64,000 bases of DNA from Octopus sinensis. Taxonomy: Eukaryota. The position numbers and the translations under genes were made by a program. The stretch is taken from assembly GCF_006345805.1 (NCBI RefSeq), contig NC_043011.1:44466464-44530463 (forward strand). Direction: 5' to 3'. The notes below the pieces were generated by a model. That model was not told the origin of the DNA and did not search any database. It saw only the letters and a list, made by a program, of their open reading frames with translations. Below, in pieces: positions 52,090 through 64,000 of the stretch. The stretch's first letter is position 1. Each line of letters begins with the position of its first letter.

Positions 52090-52465
52090 GGCAGTTTGTC
52101 TGTGTGTGTTTCTGTGTGTCTGTTAGGTTGTACCCTCACCCTGACCACGGCTTTCAACCGATTCTGATGAAACTTGATACACACATAGCCCAATGTCATA
52201 ATTCAAAACTAACGCAGCGAAAATTTTGAAAAGTTCCCCCAGTTCTGAAAGAAATCGATAAATTAACATTCGAGATGGGTCGAGAATTAGAAACAAAAAC
52301 CACAGACTGTCTAGGGGACGCAACGACACGTCCGACCTTTTAACTCTCAAAAAAATTTACCATCATTTTTTTCCATTTTTTTGCTATTTTTTGGCTATAA
52401 CTCTCTAAAAATGCTTTATAGTTATTTCCCTTACAAACCCGAGCAACGCCGGGTGATACTGTTAG
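52060..52465 (+). mobile_element. Non-autonomous Helitron
   Basis: Ends cccgagcaacgccggg-tgatactgTTAG|T; the last ~100 bp match the 3' part of 43279. Confidence 0.82.
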
Positions 52466-52471
52466 TATAGT

Positions 52472-52850
52472 ATAAAAATGGGACAGGAACGCAAAACATC
52501 CAGACAGTGAGGTGATACAAAAAATGGACAACAAAACATCCAGATAGACGAAGCAGAGAAAACAAGGACGGATCATTCGGAGTTTTCTTTCCTCAGTCGA
52601 GTTCCAGATTATCTTTGCAATTTCGGCTGGTTATACTCGAGATTGCTCCAATCTAGCCAGTCCAGAGGAAAATCTAAGCTAAGAGCATTACATCCCTTGA
52701 AAGAAACAGCGAATGTATACGAAAACAGGACGGAAAAAAACGGCGAATGTTACACAAACTCAAATAACAGGACACAACAACAGGTGTCTTTCGACTAAGG
52801 ACGAATTAAATTAAGCTGGCGTGTGTGGAAATAAAGCCTTACGGCAGGGA
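52472..52850. repeat. Longer copy of the aaaatgggaca family, homologous to the 780-bp tandem unit
   Basis: Shares gcaatttcggctg..gagattgctcc..aaatctaagc..gaatgtatac..ggacgg..gtctttcgac with 11500-11750. Confidence 0.8.
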
Positions 52851-52886
52851 TATAGGATTTTATATAGATATATATATAGTATATAT

Positions 52887-52933
<47 letters not shown>

Positions 52934-53113
52934 TAACACTATCATATATATATATATATATATACACATACAAATATATATACATGTATATATATATATG
53001 TATTTATATATATATATATGTATTTATATATATATAATATATATATATATACATACACATACAAATATATATAAATGTATATATATATATGTATTTATAT
53101 ATATATATATATA

Positions 53114-53400
53114 AATAGCCTGGGTTTCAAGGGCCCACAGCTTTTTAATATTCTCCCAAAGAATCTGGGGAACTTGCACAAAGTAGATGTAGCGGTTTTT
53201 AAATCAAAGCTGGACATCTTCCTGTTGAGAGTCCCAGATGAACCTACCTCACGGCAAGAGGTGCAAATGAGAGTAGCTATATCAAACTCCATTCTTCACC
53301 AAGTGCCACATATTAGAGGAGGCTCTTCGTAATAACAGTGTAGCACAAAATGGTGGTGCATCAGCATGGCCGCAGCTCTGAGCTGAAACAAGAAAATAAA
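53114..53400 (+). mobile_element. CR1/L2-group LINE 3' end whose tail matches SINE-A
   Basis: Coding remnant SLGFKGPQLFNILPKNL..FKSKLDIFL..PDEP..SNSI; stop at 53330; then ggtggtgcatcagcatggccgcagctctgagctgaaacaag. Confidence 0.8.
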
Positions 53401-53417
53401 ATATATATATATATATA

Positions 53418-53966
53418 GGCGCAGGAGTGGCTGTGTGGTAAGTAGCTTGCTAACCAACCACATGGTTCCGGGTTCAGTCCCACTGCGTGGCATCTTGGGC
53501 AAGTGTCTTCTGCTATAGCCCCGGGCCGACCAATGCCTTGTGAGTGGATTTGATAGACGGAAACTGAAAGAAGCCTGTCGTATATATGTATATATATATG
53601 TGTGTATGTGTGTGTGTCTCTGTGTTTGTCCCCCTAGCATTGCTTGTCAACCGATGCTGGTGTGTTTACGTCCCCGTCACTTAGCGGTTCGGCAAAAGAG
53701 ACCAATAGAATAAGTACTGGGCTTACAAAGAATAAGTCCCGGGGTCGATTTGCTCGACTAAAGGCGGTGCTCCAGCATGGTCGCAGTCAAATGACTGAAA
53801 CAAGTAAAAGAGTAAAAAAAGAGTAAAAGAAGCTTGCTAACCAACCACATGGTTCTGGGTTCAATCCCACTGCGTGGCATCTTGGGCAATGTCTTCTGCT
53901 ATAGCCCCGGGCCGACCAATGCCTTGTGAGTGGATTTGGTAGACGGAAACTGAAAGAAGCCTGTCG

Positions 53967-54001
<35 letters not shown>

Positions 54002-54216
54002 TTGTGTGTCTGTGTTTGTCCCCTAGCATTGCTTGACAACCGATGCTGGTGTGTTTACGTCCCCGTCACTTAGCGGTTCGGCAAAAGAGACCGATAGAAT
54101 AAGTACTGGGCTTACAAAAAATAAGTCTCGGGGTCGATTTGCTCGACTAAAGGCGGTGCTCCAGCATGGCCGCAGTCAAATGACTGAAACAAGTAAAAGA
54201 GTAAAAGAGTAAAAGA
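53418..54216 (+). mobile_element. Two tandem SINE-A copies (second 5'-truncated at 53831)
   Basis: Direct comparison with 25286-25688. Confidence 0.95.
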
Positions 54217-54619
54217 TTATATATATATCATTTGGACTTTCGGTATATGACTATTAGTATGCCGATTAATGCATATTCATTGTTTGGGCTACCCGATGAC
54301 ATTTACAATTACGGTATAATTTTCACTGGATCTGTGTCAGGAATTCCGCAGTATTCGTTTAGTTTATAATTGTAATCGATGAGGGAAACAGAAAAGGGAT
54401 TTGGAGCGAATCTTTATTCAACACGACGATCGTTTCGACCCATTCTGTAGCTGTCCCTTGTGCATCTATTTGTGTTGCATCAAGCAGTGCAGTCTTCCAC
54501 CTTGGGTGTTTCGTGTAAAAAAGCATCCTACTACAAGTACTGGGTTTCTATAGACATGTTGTATTCGCTCGCAGTATGTGGGTACACTGACGGAGGGTAG
54601 AATAATTTTGGAGTTATAA

Positions 54620-55100
54620 CTTGCAAATGGGTCGTTTTGGTATTAGCACTGGCCTTTCATTACGTGATAACCATTGTTTGTTTGTTTTTCATTTTCTGTT
54701 GCGGTGTAAAACCCATTTTTCATCACCTGTAACAATGTGCTGCAGAAATGACAGGTTGATATTCCTGGTTTGAAGGCTGCTGCAGATGGTGGAACGTTAT
54801 GTTTGGTTCCCAAGTGTAAGCTCATGTGGAACCTAAATTCCCTCTTTGCATGTTTTCCCAATTTGTTTGTGATGTTTGTGGATAGTTGAATATAACACAT
54901 TAAGTCTTTGTGCCAAATCTCTGGTGCTTCGATTTGAACCTGATAACAATAATCTCATTCAAAGGGTCGCCATTCAGAATGGGTCATCTTCCAGAGTGAG
55001 GCTTGTTAGATATGTCACAATCGCCATGTTTAAACCTTTTTAAGCCACAGCTGACATGTACGAGCTTTTGCCGCATCCGGATACACTTCTTCACAAATGG
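54620..55100 (-). mobile_element. Mariner transposase N-terminal pseudogene fragment
   Basis: Minus strand TCQLWLKRFKHGD..KPHSGR, STRDLAQRLNV..STIHKH, *VPHEL (54818-54840), IVTGDEKW (54712-54735); contains stops. Confidence 0.88.
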
Positions 55101-55649
55101 GCCTGACTACAGCTGACAGTGAATATATAACATGAATTTAAATGGTAAAGGACAGAGAATAAAGCCTGCCAAAAGATACGAATTGAAAGTCAAAAGGAAA
55201 GAGGATAGGTATATACTCGTTGACATGAGCACACATATAGACGTAAACACACACACACGTACGCACACACACACACACACTCTCTCTTTCATGCCGCCAA
55301 GGGAATGTCATTAAATGACATTCCCTAAAAGCCTGCCAAGGAGCACCAAGCGATATCTAACATACATTTTTTTTTTGTATTCGGAAGTTCAGTCTGCAAT
55401 CTTCATTGCCTCATAATGTTTTAATGTTCATAATTTCAAATGACTCGCTCGGCATCGCGACTGTCATAGCAATTTTCTATGCTACTCTATCGTGCGATCT
55501 GCCGCAGTGTCTGCAGTCTACGCTGTGAAATGACCTGATCTGTGTTAAGGTTACGAACACTTTGAAATTACAGGCTGAAAATCCTGATGGCCAGAGTATA
55601 TTAATGCCTCCTCAAGAAATGTTCTTCATGAACTTCTGCAGGAAATCGT

Positions 55650-55868
55650 ACTCTTTCTCTCTTTTTCTCTTTTACTTGTTTCAGTCATTTGACTGCGGCC
55701 ATGCTGGAGCACCGCCTTTAGTCGAGCAAATCGACCCCGGGACTTATTCTTTGTAAGCCTAGTACTTATTCTATCGGTCTCTTTTTGCCGAACCGCTAAG
55801 TGACGGGGACGTAATCACACCAGCATCGGTTGTCAAGCAATGCTAGGAGGACAAACACAGACACACAA

Positions 55869-55901
<33 letters not shown>

Positions 55902-56070
55902 CATATATACGACAGGCTTCTTTCAGTTTCCCTCTACCAAATCCACTCACAAGGTATTGGTCGGCCCGAGGCTATAGCAGAAGACATTTGCCCAAGATTC
56001 CACACAGTGGGACTGAACCCGGAACCATGTGGTTGGTTAGCAAGCTACTTACCACACAGCCACTCCTGCG
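55650..56070 (-). mobile_element. Full-length SINE-A
   Basis: Reverse complement of the 25286 family. Confidence 0.94.
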
Positions 56071-56815
56071 TACCTGTATAATATTTTTGGGAATGACAAA
56101 TATTCTTATTTTTCTGTTATTTGAGGGATTTTCATTTACTCCTTCACCTTCTAATTATCACCATTCATCGGTAACTTCTTCAATAATAACTCCGTCGTTA
56201 CTGACGGCTCGAGTACTCTAGTTTTATAGAACCAACTTCAGAATTCCAATATTACTATTCTTACCAGAAAACATTTGAGTAACAAATGAGTTGTTTCCCT
56301 TAGACGGAGACTTTTTTTTTTTTTTCAACCTTCGAAATTTATTTATAAAAATTTGTTTACCTTTTATTTCCTTTGTGTGGTCAAGCCTTTGGCAGTGGCG
56401 ACCTCCGGCGTTCTCGACCCTCACCCCCCAGAACTACATCCCTGCTCACTGTTATTGGGGGAGAGATGGCTATCAGCAAGTGCGAGACACGTATCTCTTC
56501 CGCCTTCCTTCGGGGCCACAACTTTTCCCTTTTGTTCGCTGGGACCATAAGGCGAACTGACAAGTCTTTTTAGATATTCCTTGCTATACTTACAAAGATT
56601 AGACGTTCTTTGAAAATACCGAATGATAAAATTGTAATAAGAAACTGTCGCTCTGTCAAAAATATAAATAATGACTTTTTTTTCTCTCTTTTTTTTTTTC
56701 CTATGATAAAGTTGTAACAGAATTTTCTTTTCATTTTTCCAAGACATACTGTTATATATTATAACACCCGCAATAGTCGAGGGATTATTGTATACGTATA
56801 TACGTTTATATATAC

Positions 56816-56860
<45 letters not shown>

Positions 56861-57230
56861 GTGTATGTATGTACGTATGTATGTATGTACGTATGTACGT
56901 ATGTATGTATGTATGTATGTATGTATGTATGTATGTACGTATATACGTATGTATGTACGTATGTATGTATGTATGTATGTATGTATGTATGTATGTATGT
57001 ATGTATGTATGTATGTATGTGCAAATGTTTAAATTGCATGTGCATATATATGTGTCTGTGAGAGAGAGGGGGGAGGATATACATTAAAGAACGAGAGGAA
57101 AAAGAAAGATAAGAAAAAAAGAAAACACTGCTACCTTGAAACGCTCTCAGAACTCCCTTTTCTTTCAAGACCTTTGTATGAAAAATACAATAGACAGTGT
57201 CGACCCTTTCTTTCTCTCCTTCTCTCTCTC

Positions 57231-57282
<52 letters not shown>

Positions 57283-57460
57283 TATGTAAGCATGTATGTA
57301 TGTATGTATGTATGTATGTATGTATGTATGTGTGTATGTATGTATGTATGTATGTATGTATGTATGTATGTATGTATGTATGTATGTATGTGTGTGTGTA
57401 TGTAGATGTTGTTAAGTTCAACAAGAGAAAGAGACGAGAAAGAACGCCAAAAGCGAAAAC

Positions 57461-57495
<35 letters not shown>

Positions 57496-57815
57496 GAAAG
57501 AAATCGTTAGAATATGAAAGAGAGAGACATTGGAACATCTTGGAATTCTAGAGTGGAACTTTTCATGTGGTGTTGCAGAAAGCTAGCTTGAGGTGGACAT
57601 CTACAAAGAGATCATTTCATGAATTTAAACAGTTTTGTTCGGAAATCTTTTGATTTTTGTACATAAATTATATTATGTCTCGAAATGGAAAACGTTAGCT
57701 TCAAAGCAGCAGATTCTATACGTCTAATTTGCATGATTTCTGTTTTTCAAGATAAGTATTTTCTTGGTAGCTTCCATATTTACGGTAAACTCTTGTGCGC
57801 TGAGAGTACTCCTAT

Positions 57816-58136
57816 ACGCGTGGCTTAGTGGTTAGGGCAGTCGGCTCGTGATCGTGAGGCGTGAGTTCGATTCCCGGCGGTGCGTTGCATCTTTGTGCAA
57901 GACACTTTATTTCACGTTGCTCCAGTTCACTCAGCTGGCAAAAATTGGGTAGTACCTGTAATTCAAAGGGAGCCAGCCTTGTCACATTCCGTGTCTCGCT
58001 GAATCTACCTGAGAACAGTGTGTGAAGGAATACGCGTGTCTGTGGAGTGCTCAGCTGCTTGCACATTAATTTCAGGAGCAGGCTGTTCCGTTGATCGGAT
58101 CAACTGGAACCCTCGTCGTCGTTACCGACGGAATGC

Positions 58137-58138
<2 letters not shown>
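57816..58138 (+). mobile_element. tRNA-derived SINE (head D + tail C)
   Basis: Head as 25005-25145; tail gtacctgtaattcaaagggagccagcc...cgtcgtcgttaccgacgg as 28756-28935. Confidence 0.87.
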
Positions 58139-58202
<64 letters not shown>

Positions 58203-58599
58203 GTGTCTGTGTCTGTGCTATACGCCGTCTGCGAACATAGTTGATAACTCGTCAGGCGGTGAAGCAACTCTTTAGCTGTTTCGGCCCCCTCCACCGAAAC
58301 ACTAAAGCTGTCCGGCGGGGGTCATCCACCGATGTAAGAAACAAAACTCCCGTCCGACAGCATGATCTTTGTTGAATCGGATATTGTGACTCTGGGCCAG
58401 ATATTTTTATCACCATCAATACTCGTTTTTACAGCACTACTCACACTTTCTTTCGAGCTAGATGTAATTGCTTGCTTTCTCAGTGGTGGCAACATCTTTT
58501 CTCTCTTTTGGTATCTGGCCCAAGATACCTAAGTATCACGTGAACCCCGGCTCCAACAAATCCTCTAATACCTATATCTGTAAAAAGCATATTCAAAAC

Positions 58600-59015
58600 A
58601 CTGGTAATACAAGAGAAAAACAGGTCAAAGATGCGGGGGCGCGGTCAGGGAAACCGTCCCTCACGCTATTGTTCAGTGTCCGGATTTAACTGAAATGTGG
58701 GCTTATGCTGAACACCTGTTGTCCGGTGAAGGACGAGTACAGCTGTCGACTGAGTCAATTATAAAAATTGACCCACCAGGACTTTTAACGAACGAAGGTA
58801 AGAATTGTTTTCTCACGGTTGTAGCAATAGCGGAAGAGGCAGTATGGAAGACTAGGATAAAAGGAATTAAGACAGGCAACTTTATCTCTGGCCACAATTT
58901 ACGATAATTTTTTTCTTTTCATTTGAAAAGGAAGCTGTGGCTGGAGAAGAGGTGTCTGTCGGAGTGTACATTCCAAAAGAGATGGAAGCATGTTGTGCGT
59001 GCAAGGAACCGTGTG
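58600..59015 (+). mobile_element. L1/Tx1-type LINE ORF2 C-terminal fragment
   Basis: RCGGAVRETVPHAIVQCPDLTEMWAY.. (C..H...C knuckle) ..EEAVWKTR..FHLKRKLWLEKR; frameshifted. Confidence 0.7.
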
Positions 59016-59221
59016 AATAGACGGGAAAAAAAGAACAAAAAGAAAAGTACCAGCGGTAGATAGGGGCTTGTGGGGTCGGGGCGTGGCCTGATCATCGCTT
59101 CATTTGTATTGTTAATTCCATTCGATTTTTTTATATTGTATTTAAGTTTTTAAAGTCACATTATATGTAAAATCATAACGCTTTACTGATCCTATCAGTT
59201 GTTCTGTCCATTTCTATATTT

Positions 59222-59430
59222 GGCCCCCGGTGGGCAATAAAGAAATAGGTATTTCGTCTGCCGTTACGTTCCGAGTTCAAATTCCGCCGAGGTCGACTTT
59301 GCTTTTCATCCTTTCGGGGTCGATAACTTAAGTACCAGTTACGCACTGGGGTCGATGTAATCGACTTAATCCCTTTGTCTGTCCTTTTGTCCCCTCTATA
59401 TTTAGCCTCTTGTAGGCAATAAAGAAATAA
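59222..59430 (+). mobile_element. SINE-B with the same dimer junction as 30156
   Basis: aaagaaataggtatttcgtctgcc at 59239-59262. Confidence 0.9.
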
Positions 59431-60051
59431 GATTTAAACAATGAAATGGCTCCTTGATCCACAGGCTGCAATAAAGATGTTGTATTGGGAGGTAAAAAAA
59501 TAAATAAAAATAAATAAACATTAATATTTTGATAGTGATACTTATCAAAAGAATCTTGAAAATAATTTTTTTATCCTTACAATATTTTTCTACTTCGAGA
59601 ACAAAGTGATTAGAAAACCAATCTTCAGTTCCTGGTACCCAAACTTTTTTTTTTTTGTTCTTCTTCCAGATTACAGGAAGTTTCGTCTTACAAATTCCTT
59701 TTACAGCACGGAGGGTTTTATAATGATAAATAAGCATGGGCTTGAGTTTGCAGTCCCCTTTACAATTTCCTCCCAGAGGCAATGTTATCCTATCTTTTGC
59801 AGCTTGGAATCCTGGCATTGAAGATTCTTCTCTCGCAATAAAAATCCTTGAAGGCATTCGTTTCCAAAATAGGCCCGTCTCATCCACATTAAATATTTGA
59901 GACGGAATAAAGCCTTCTTCTTCAATCAAATCTAATTGGCGAGGAAAAGTTTCTGCAGCTTTTTGATCTGCGTTACACGATTCTCCTTGGATCTTCACAT
60001 TGGGTAGATTTGCTCGTTTTTTGAAACGATCAAGCTCCTTTAAGCGAGTTT

Positions 60052-60330
60052 ATAATAAATAATAATAATGAAATTATTGTATACAGTGCTCAGGTGCACC
60101 ACAACTTGTCAGAAAGTGCATATAAAGTACATGCAGTAATGTAGAAATGTCTGGAAAGCGAACAATGTATGAGTCAGATACATGCTTGTGTGTGTATGGA
60201 GGGGAGAAAATCAAGTGTAGTGTTGGCGAATCTCAGGAAGCATGGAAGTTTTGAAGGATGCAGTGCTCCGACAACTAACAACTGATGCCGGCAGTTTGTT
60301 CCATGCTTCAGCAACTCTCAGCGTGAAAAA
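60052..60330 (-). mobile_element. CR1-clade LINE 3' end with (ATT)n tail
   Basis: Minus strand FFTLRVAEAWNKLPASVV..FK; 3' UTR ends tacaataatttc(att)n. Confidence 0.82.
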
Positions 60331-60480
60331 ATGTTTCCTGAAGTCATGAAAACGGGAGATTGCTTTACTACAAATTATAGCCTAACTGGCATTATGAAGT
60401 CCATGTACTTGATCGTTAATCCAAGCCCGTCAAACGTTTTTCTGTGCGTGAAATTAAACTTTCATTATCTTTTTCTTCGT

Positions 60481-60682
60481 GTGGAGGCACATGGCCTAGT
60501 GGTTAGAGCAGCGGACTCGCCGTCGAGGGATCGCGGGTTCGAATCTCAGACCGGGCGAAGTGTGGGCTTATGAGCGAAACACCTATGCGACGGACCGGCA
60601 TCCCGTCCAGGTGGGGAACCTATACGCCAACGAAACCGGGAAACCAGCCCTTATGAGCCAGGCATGGCTCGAGAAGGAGCAA
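60481..60682 (+). mobile_element. tRNA-derived SINE (head C, short, tail D-like) with ~12-bp TSD
   Basis: Flanks atctttttcttcg (60467) and atcttttcttcg (60685). Confidence 0.87.
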
Positions 60683-61195
60683 ACATCTTTTCTTCGAAAC
60701 CAAGTTGAATTTAGAGAGTAACTCCTTTTAACCTTATTTAAATAATCTTCTTTTTGCTTCAAGATGGTACAAACAGATGAAAAACACCATATCAATTTTT
60801 TTGATAAATCTTTAACAGTTGCACATTTTTCGTGTTGTTTAATCAATTCGTTTTTTTTTTTTATTTCTAAAGTAATTGCTTTATGTTTCTTTTTATCCTT
60901 GCTTTGTATCTCAGAATTCTTTCTTTTTCAAAAAAATAAAAATCTGTAAACTTTTTTTTTCTTTTAATGAATGGAATGAAGAAAGATTAAATGCGGGCTA
61001 GCGTGAAGGAAGTCGGGCAAGCACTAACACACTTCAAACCTAAAAAGCAGTTGCAGGCGATCGCTTGAATTAACAGGTGCTGCCAGGCCGGAAGTGACCG
61101 AAAATGCTATGCTAACCAATTTTTCCGTTTTTCATCTACAATTCGTAAAATTGAGGATTCGTACAGAGTGGTTACGTAAAACGAGGTATGCCTTG

Positions 61196-61232
<37 letters not shown>

Positions 61233-61304
61233 ATATATATATATGATATATATATATATTATACGGATAATATATGTTTTCCCTGTGTATCTGTGTGTTG
61301 ATCC

Positions 61305-61440
61305 CCATGACTGCTTGACAACCGGTGTTGGTGTGCTTACGTCCCCATAATATAGCAGTTCGATCGTTTTGTTCGAGTATATCCTTGAAGGTGGTGCTCC
61401 ACCATGGCCACAGTCCAGTCCTTGAGACAAATAAAACAAA
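61305..61440 (+). mobile_element. Degenerate SINE-A 3' half
   Basis: ctgcttgacaaccggtgttggtg...ggtggtgctccaccatggccacag. Confidence 0.75.
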
Positions 61441-62139
61441 AGATAAAAGATTTTTGAAGTATATCTATGTTGCAGAGTAATTGAGCGTTAATCAGAGTAA
61501 TGTCCCTTGTGTAAGAGTAGCTTCCCTTGTCATACAAATATGATGGATTTGTTTTTTTTATATTTTTATTTCTTTTTTTTCCCGGTCGTCCCTGATCCAG
61601 CAAACACATCCAAAGCCTTCTAACCATGACCATCCAGTCTTTTACACACAAGTACAGCGTATCTAGCCATATACATTACAAAATATGATCCAATTCTTAT
61701 TTAGACCAAAATTTGTCTTGACCCAGCTTTCATATGAGGAAAGATAATCTAGCCGTGGCCGTCTCGTCATATGAATACGGTTTATCTCCGAGACATTATT
61801 GTTTCACGTGATGTTCTCTTATTTATGATGTTTCGATGGAGGTTTTAGCTGCTATTTCTAGCAGATATAGCGACGTTTACAAACTTTCTCTAAGGCTTGA
61901 GTGATTCGCAAGACGAACAAGTGTCATCCATCTGCTGCTACTGTTGCTTCACCAGGAGGTGGTGGTGGTGGTGGCGGCGGCGATACAAAAACCGACGCCG
62001 TCGGACTGAATTCGGTAAAGATCGTTATTTGCCGTACATTTGGCTGTCAAATAAAAGTGAAAGAATGGTTTCTTTTGAAACTAAAAGTTGTGTTTTTTAC
62101 TCTCTCTCTTTCTCTCTCTCTCTCTTCTCTCTCTCTCTT

Positions 62140-62191
<52 letters not shown>

Positions 62192-62232
62192 ATATTTTTG
62201 TTTTCAGAAGACATTCAGACGTGGACATGCAT

Positions 62233-62268
<36 letters not shown>

Positions 62269-62592
62269 TGTGTCTATGTGTCTGTGTGTGTGTCTGTGTC
62301 TGTGTCTGTGTGTGTGTGTGTGTGTGTGGCGTATTGTGTGCGTATGCATGTGTGTAAATACCCTTTCATTAAAGATTCCCATAATGCCCAATATAGGCAC
62401 GACTCTCAAGTTATACTCACGCTGTAATTGATGTAAGTATATTTGTGTTCCGGTTCTCATTGAAAGGAGAAACACGGTTCAAAAATTTTTTTTTCTTATT
62501 AAAGTTTATAGATTATATAATAACGTAAAAGTAGATACAGGAATTTATCCACAGCCATTTAAATTTTAATCCACAGAGATTTTAATCCATAA

Positions 62593-63130
62593 GCGCAGGA
62601 GTAGTTGTGTGGTAAGTAGCTTGCTTACGAACTACATCGTTTCGGGTTCAGTCCCACTGCGTGGCACCTTGGGCAAGTATCCTCTACTGGATCTTTACTG
62701 TTTGACTTACAGATTTAAAAAATATTTTTTTGTAACTAAACACTTTCAAACTTCGGACACTGGTAGAATGTGTCATATAAAACATCTTTTACTCTTAGCA
62801 TTTTTGAGAAAAACGTGTATATTTACGAAGTTATTTCACGTTAAAGTTCTCGTATTTCGGTAATTTCAACCAATCAATGACGTGTATTCAGCTGAATAAA
62901 ATTACTGCCGTTGTTTTGTCAACAACAACTATCGGCGGTGTATTTTTCGTTTGTCGCTGTTATTTATGACATCGTTCGTGCGTTTGTACTGGTTTTAAGG
63001 TTTTAGGGTTAGCGTTAGGATTTTAAGCTTATAAAGAATAAGTCCTGGGGTCGATTTGCTCGACTAAAGGCAGTGCTCCAGCATGACCACGGTCAAATGA
63101 CTGAAACAAGTGAAAGAGTAAAAGAGTAGA
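62593..63130 (+). mobile_element. SINE-A head (62593-62688) and tail (63026-63130) separated by ~340 bp of unrelated sequence
   Basis: Head and tail match the family; the middle does not. Confidence 0.75.
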
Positions 63131-63347
63131 GAAAAAGAACTGTAGTAGAGGAAAACCGAAAAGACATGGAAAGAAGCAATGAAAACTATATTTCTCTGAA
63201 TACTGAGTATCTCTGAAAGGAAATGACTACAAGCGACGAGAAGCTTTATTGGAAAAGAACTGTCCAGTCTATGTAAGCATGGGATGACGGGTGAAACATG
63301 ATGAGGAGGACAATAACAACCGCATTGTTGTTGAGTACGTATCAAGT

Positions 63348-63975
63348 GGAGGCGCAAAGGCCCAGTGGTTAGGGCAGTGGATTTGCAATCATAGGATTGC
63401 GGCTTCGATTCCCAGACTGTTGTGAAAGTGAGTGCTTACTGAGCGAAAACACTTAAAGTTCCACGAGGCTCCGGCAGGTGGGGGTGGCGAATCCTGCTGT
63501 GCTTTTTCACCACAACTTTCTCTCGCTCTTTCTTCCTGTTTCTTATTTCTTTATTGCCTACAAGGGGCTAAACATAGAGGGGACAAACAAGGACAGACAA
63601 ACGGATTAAGTCGATTACATCGACCCCAGTGCGTGACTGGTACTTAATTTATCGACCCCGAAAGGATGAAAGGCAAAGTCGACCTCGGCAGAATTTGAAC
63701 TCAGTACGTAACGGCAGACGAAATACCGCTAAGCATTTCGTCAGCATGCTAACGTTTCTGCCAGCTCGCCTCTTTCTTCCCCTTTCTGCTGTACCTGTAT
63801 TTCAAGGGGCCAGCCTTGTTACACTCTCTGTCACGCTGAATCTACCCGAGAACTACGTTAGGGGTACACGTGTTTGTGGCGTGCTCAGTCACTTGTACGT
63901 TAATTTCACGTGTAGAGATTGTTCCGTTGATTGGATCAACTGGAACTCTCGTCGTCGTAACCGACGGAGTGCCGT
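63348..63975 (+). mobile_element. SINE (head C + tail C) with 14-bp TSD, containing a nested minus-strand SINE-B (63544-63770) with 17-bp TSD
   Basis: Outer TSD agtacgtatcaagt (63334-63347, 63976-63989); inner TSD tctttcttcctgtttct and tctttcttcccctttct. Confidence 0.93.
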
Positions 63976-64000
63976 AGTACGTATCAAGTCCGATTAAGTC

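Larger units (their letters stand above)
59432..61195 (-). mobile_element. Tigger/pogo-family DNA transposon, interrupted by a CR1 tail and a SINE
   Basis: TIR caaggcatacctcgttttacg (61175-61195); HTH-psq-like IKQHEK..VKDLSK..SSVCTILKQK; CENP-B-HTH-like AWINDQ (60330-60470); DDE FNVDETGLFWKRMP..KDRITL..KLKPMLIY. Confidence 0.88.

Noticed and set aside
61897-62191. Poly-Gly/Trp ORFs near 61.9 kb
   Set aside because: Built on (GGT)n, (CT)n and (GT)n tracts; no recognisable domain.

Overview
AT-rich eukaryotic genomic DNA that is almost entirely microsatellite and transposon derived. The SINE and repeat families look like those of octopus/coleoid cephalopod genomes; this is recognition from memory, not a database search. 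No intact host protein-coding gene can be supported. Almost all ORFs in the supplied track are translations of (TA)n, (CA)n, (TATG)n, (GATA)n, (ATT)n or (GAT)n tracts. Real coding remnants are all decayed transposons: three R4/Dong-clade RLE LINE pieces, RTE, CR1, CR1/L2-group and L1/Tx1 LINE fragments, two mariner relics, a Tc1 relic and an interrupted Tigger/pogo. There are also non-autonomous Helitrons, a mariner MITE and about 30 tRNA-derived SINE copies from 3-4 modular families. The most interesting signal is a set of non-coding elements carrying minimal hammerhead-ribozyme folds of the Penelope/retrozyme type. One is a 473-bp unit with 105-bp terminal redundancy (31.9-32.5 kb). One is a tRNA-headed, SINE-like fold-back element (5.2-6.2 kb). 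One is a three-copy family with a CUGUNGA core variant. Other notable items: a guild of (TAA)n-targeting elements, head/tail-shuffled SINEs, a LINE-SINE shared 3' stem-loop, a phased 9x19-bp E-box array next to a 38-codon ORF, and several local tandem or inverted duplications.
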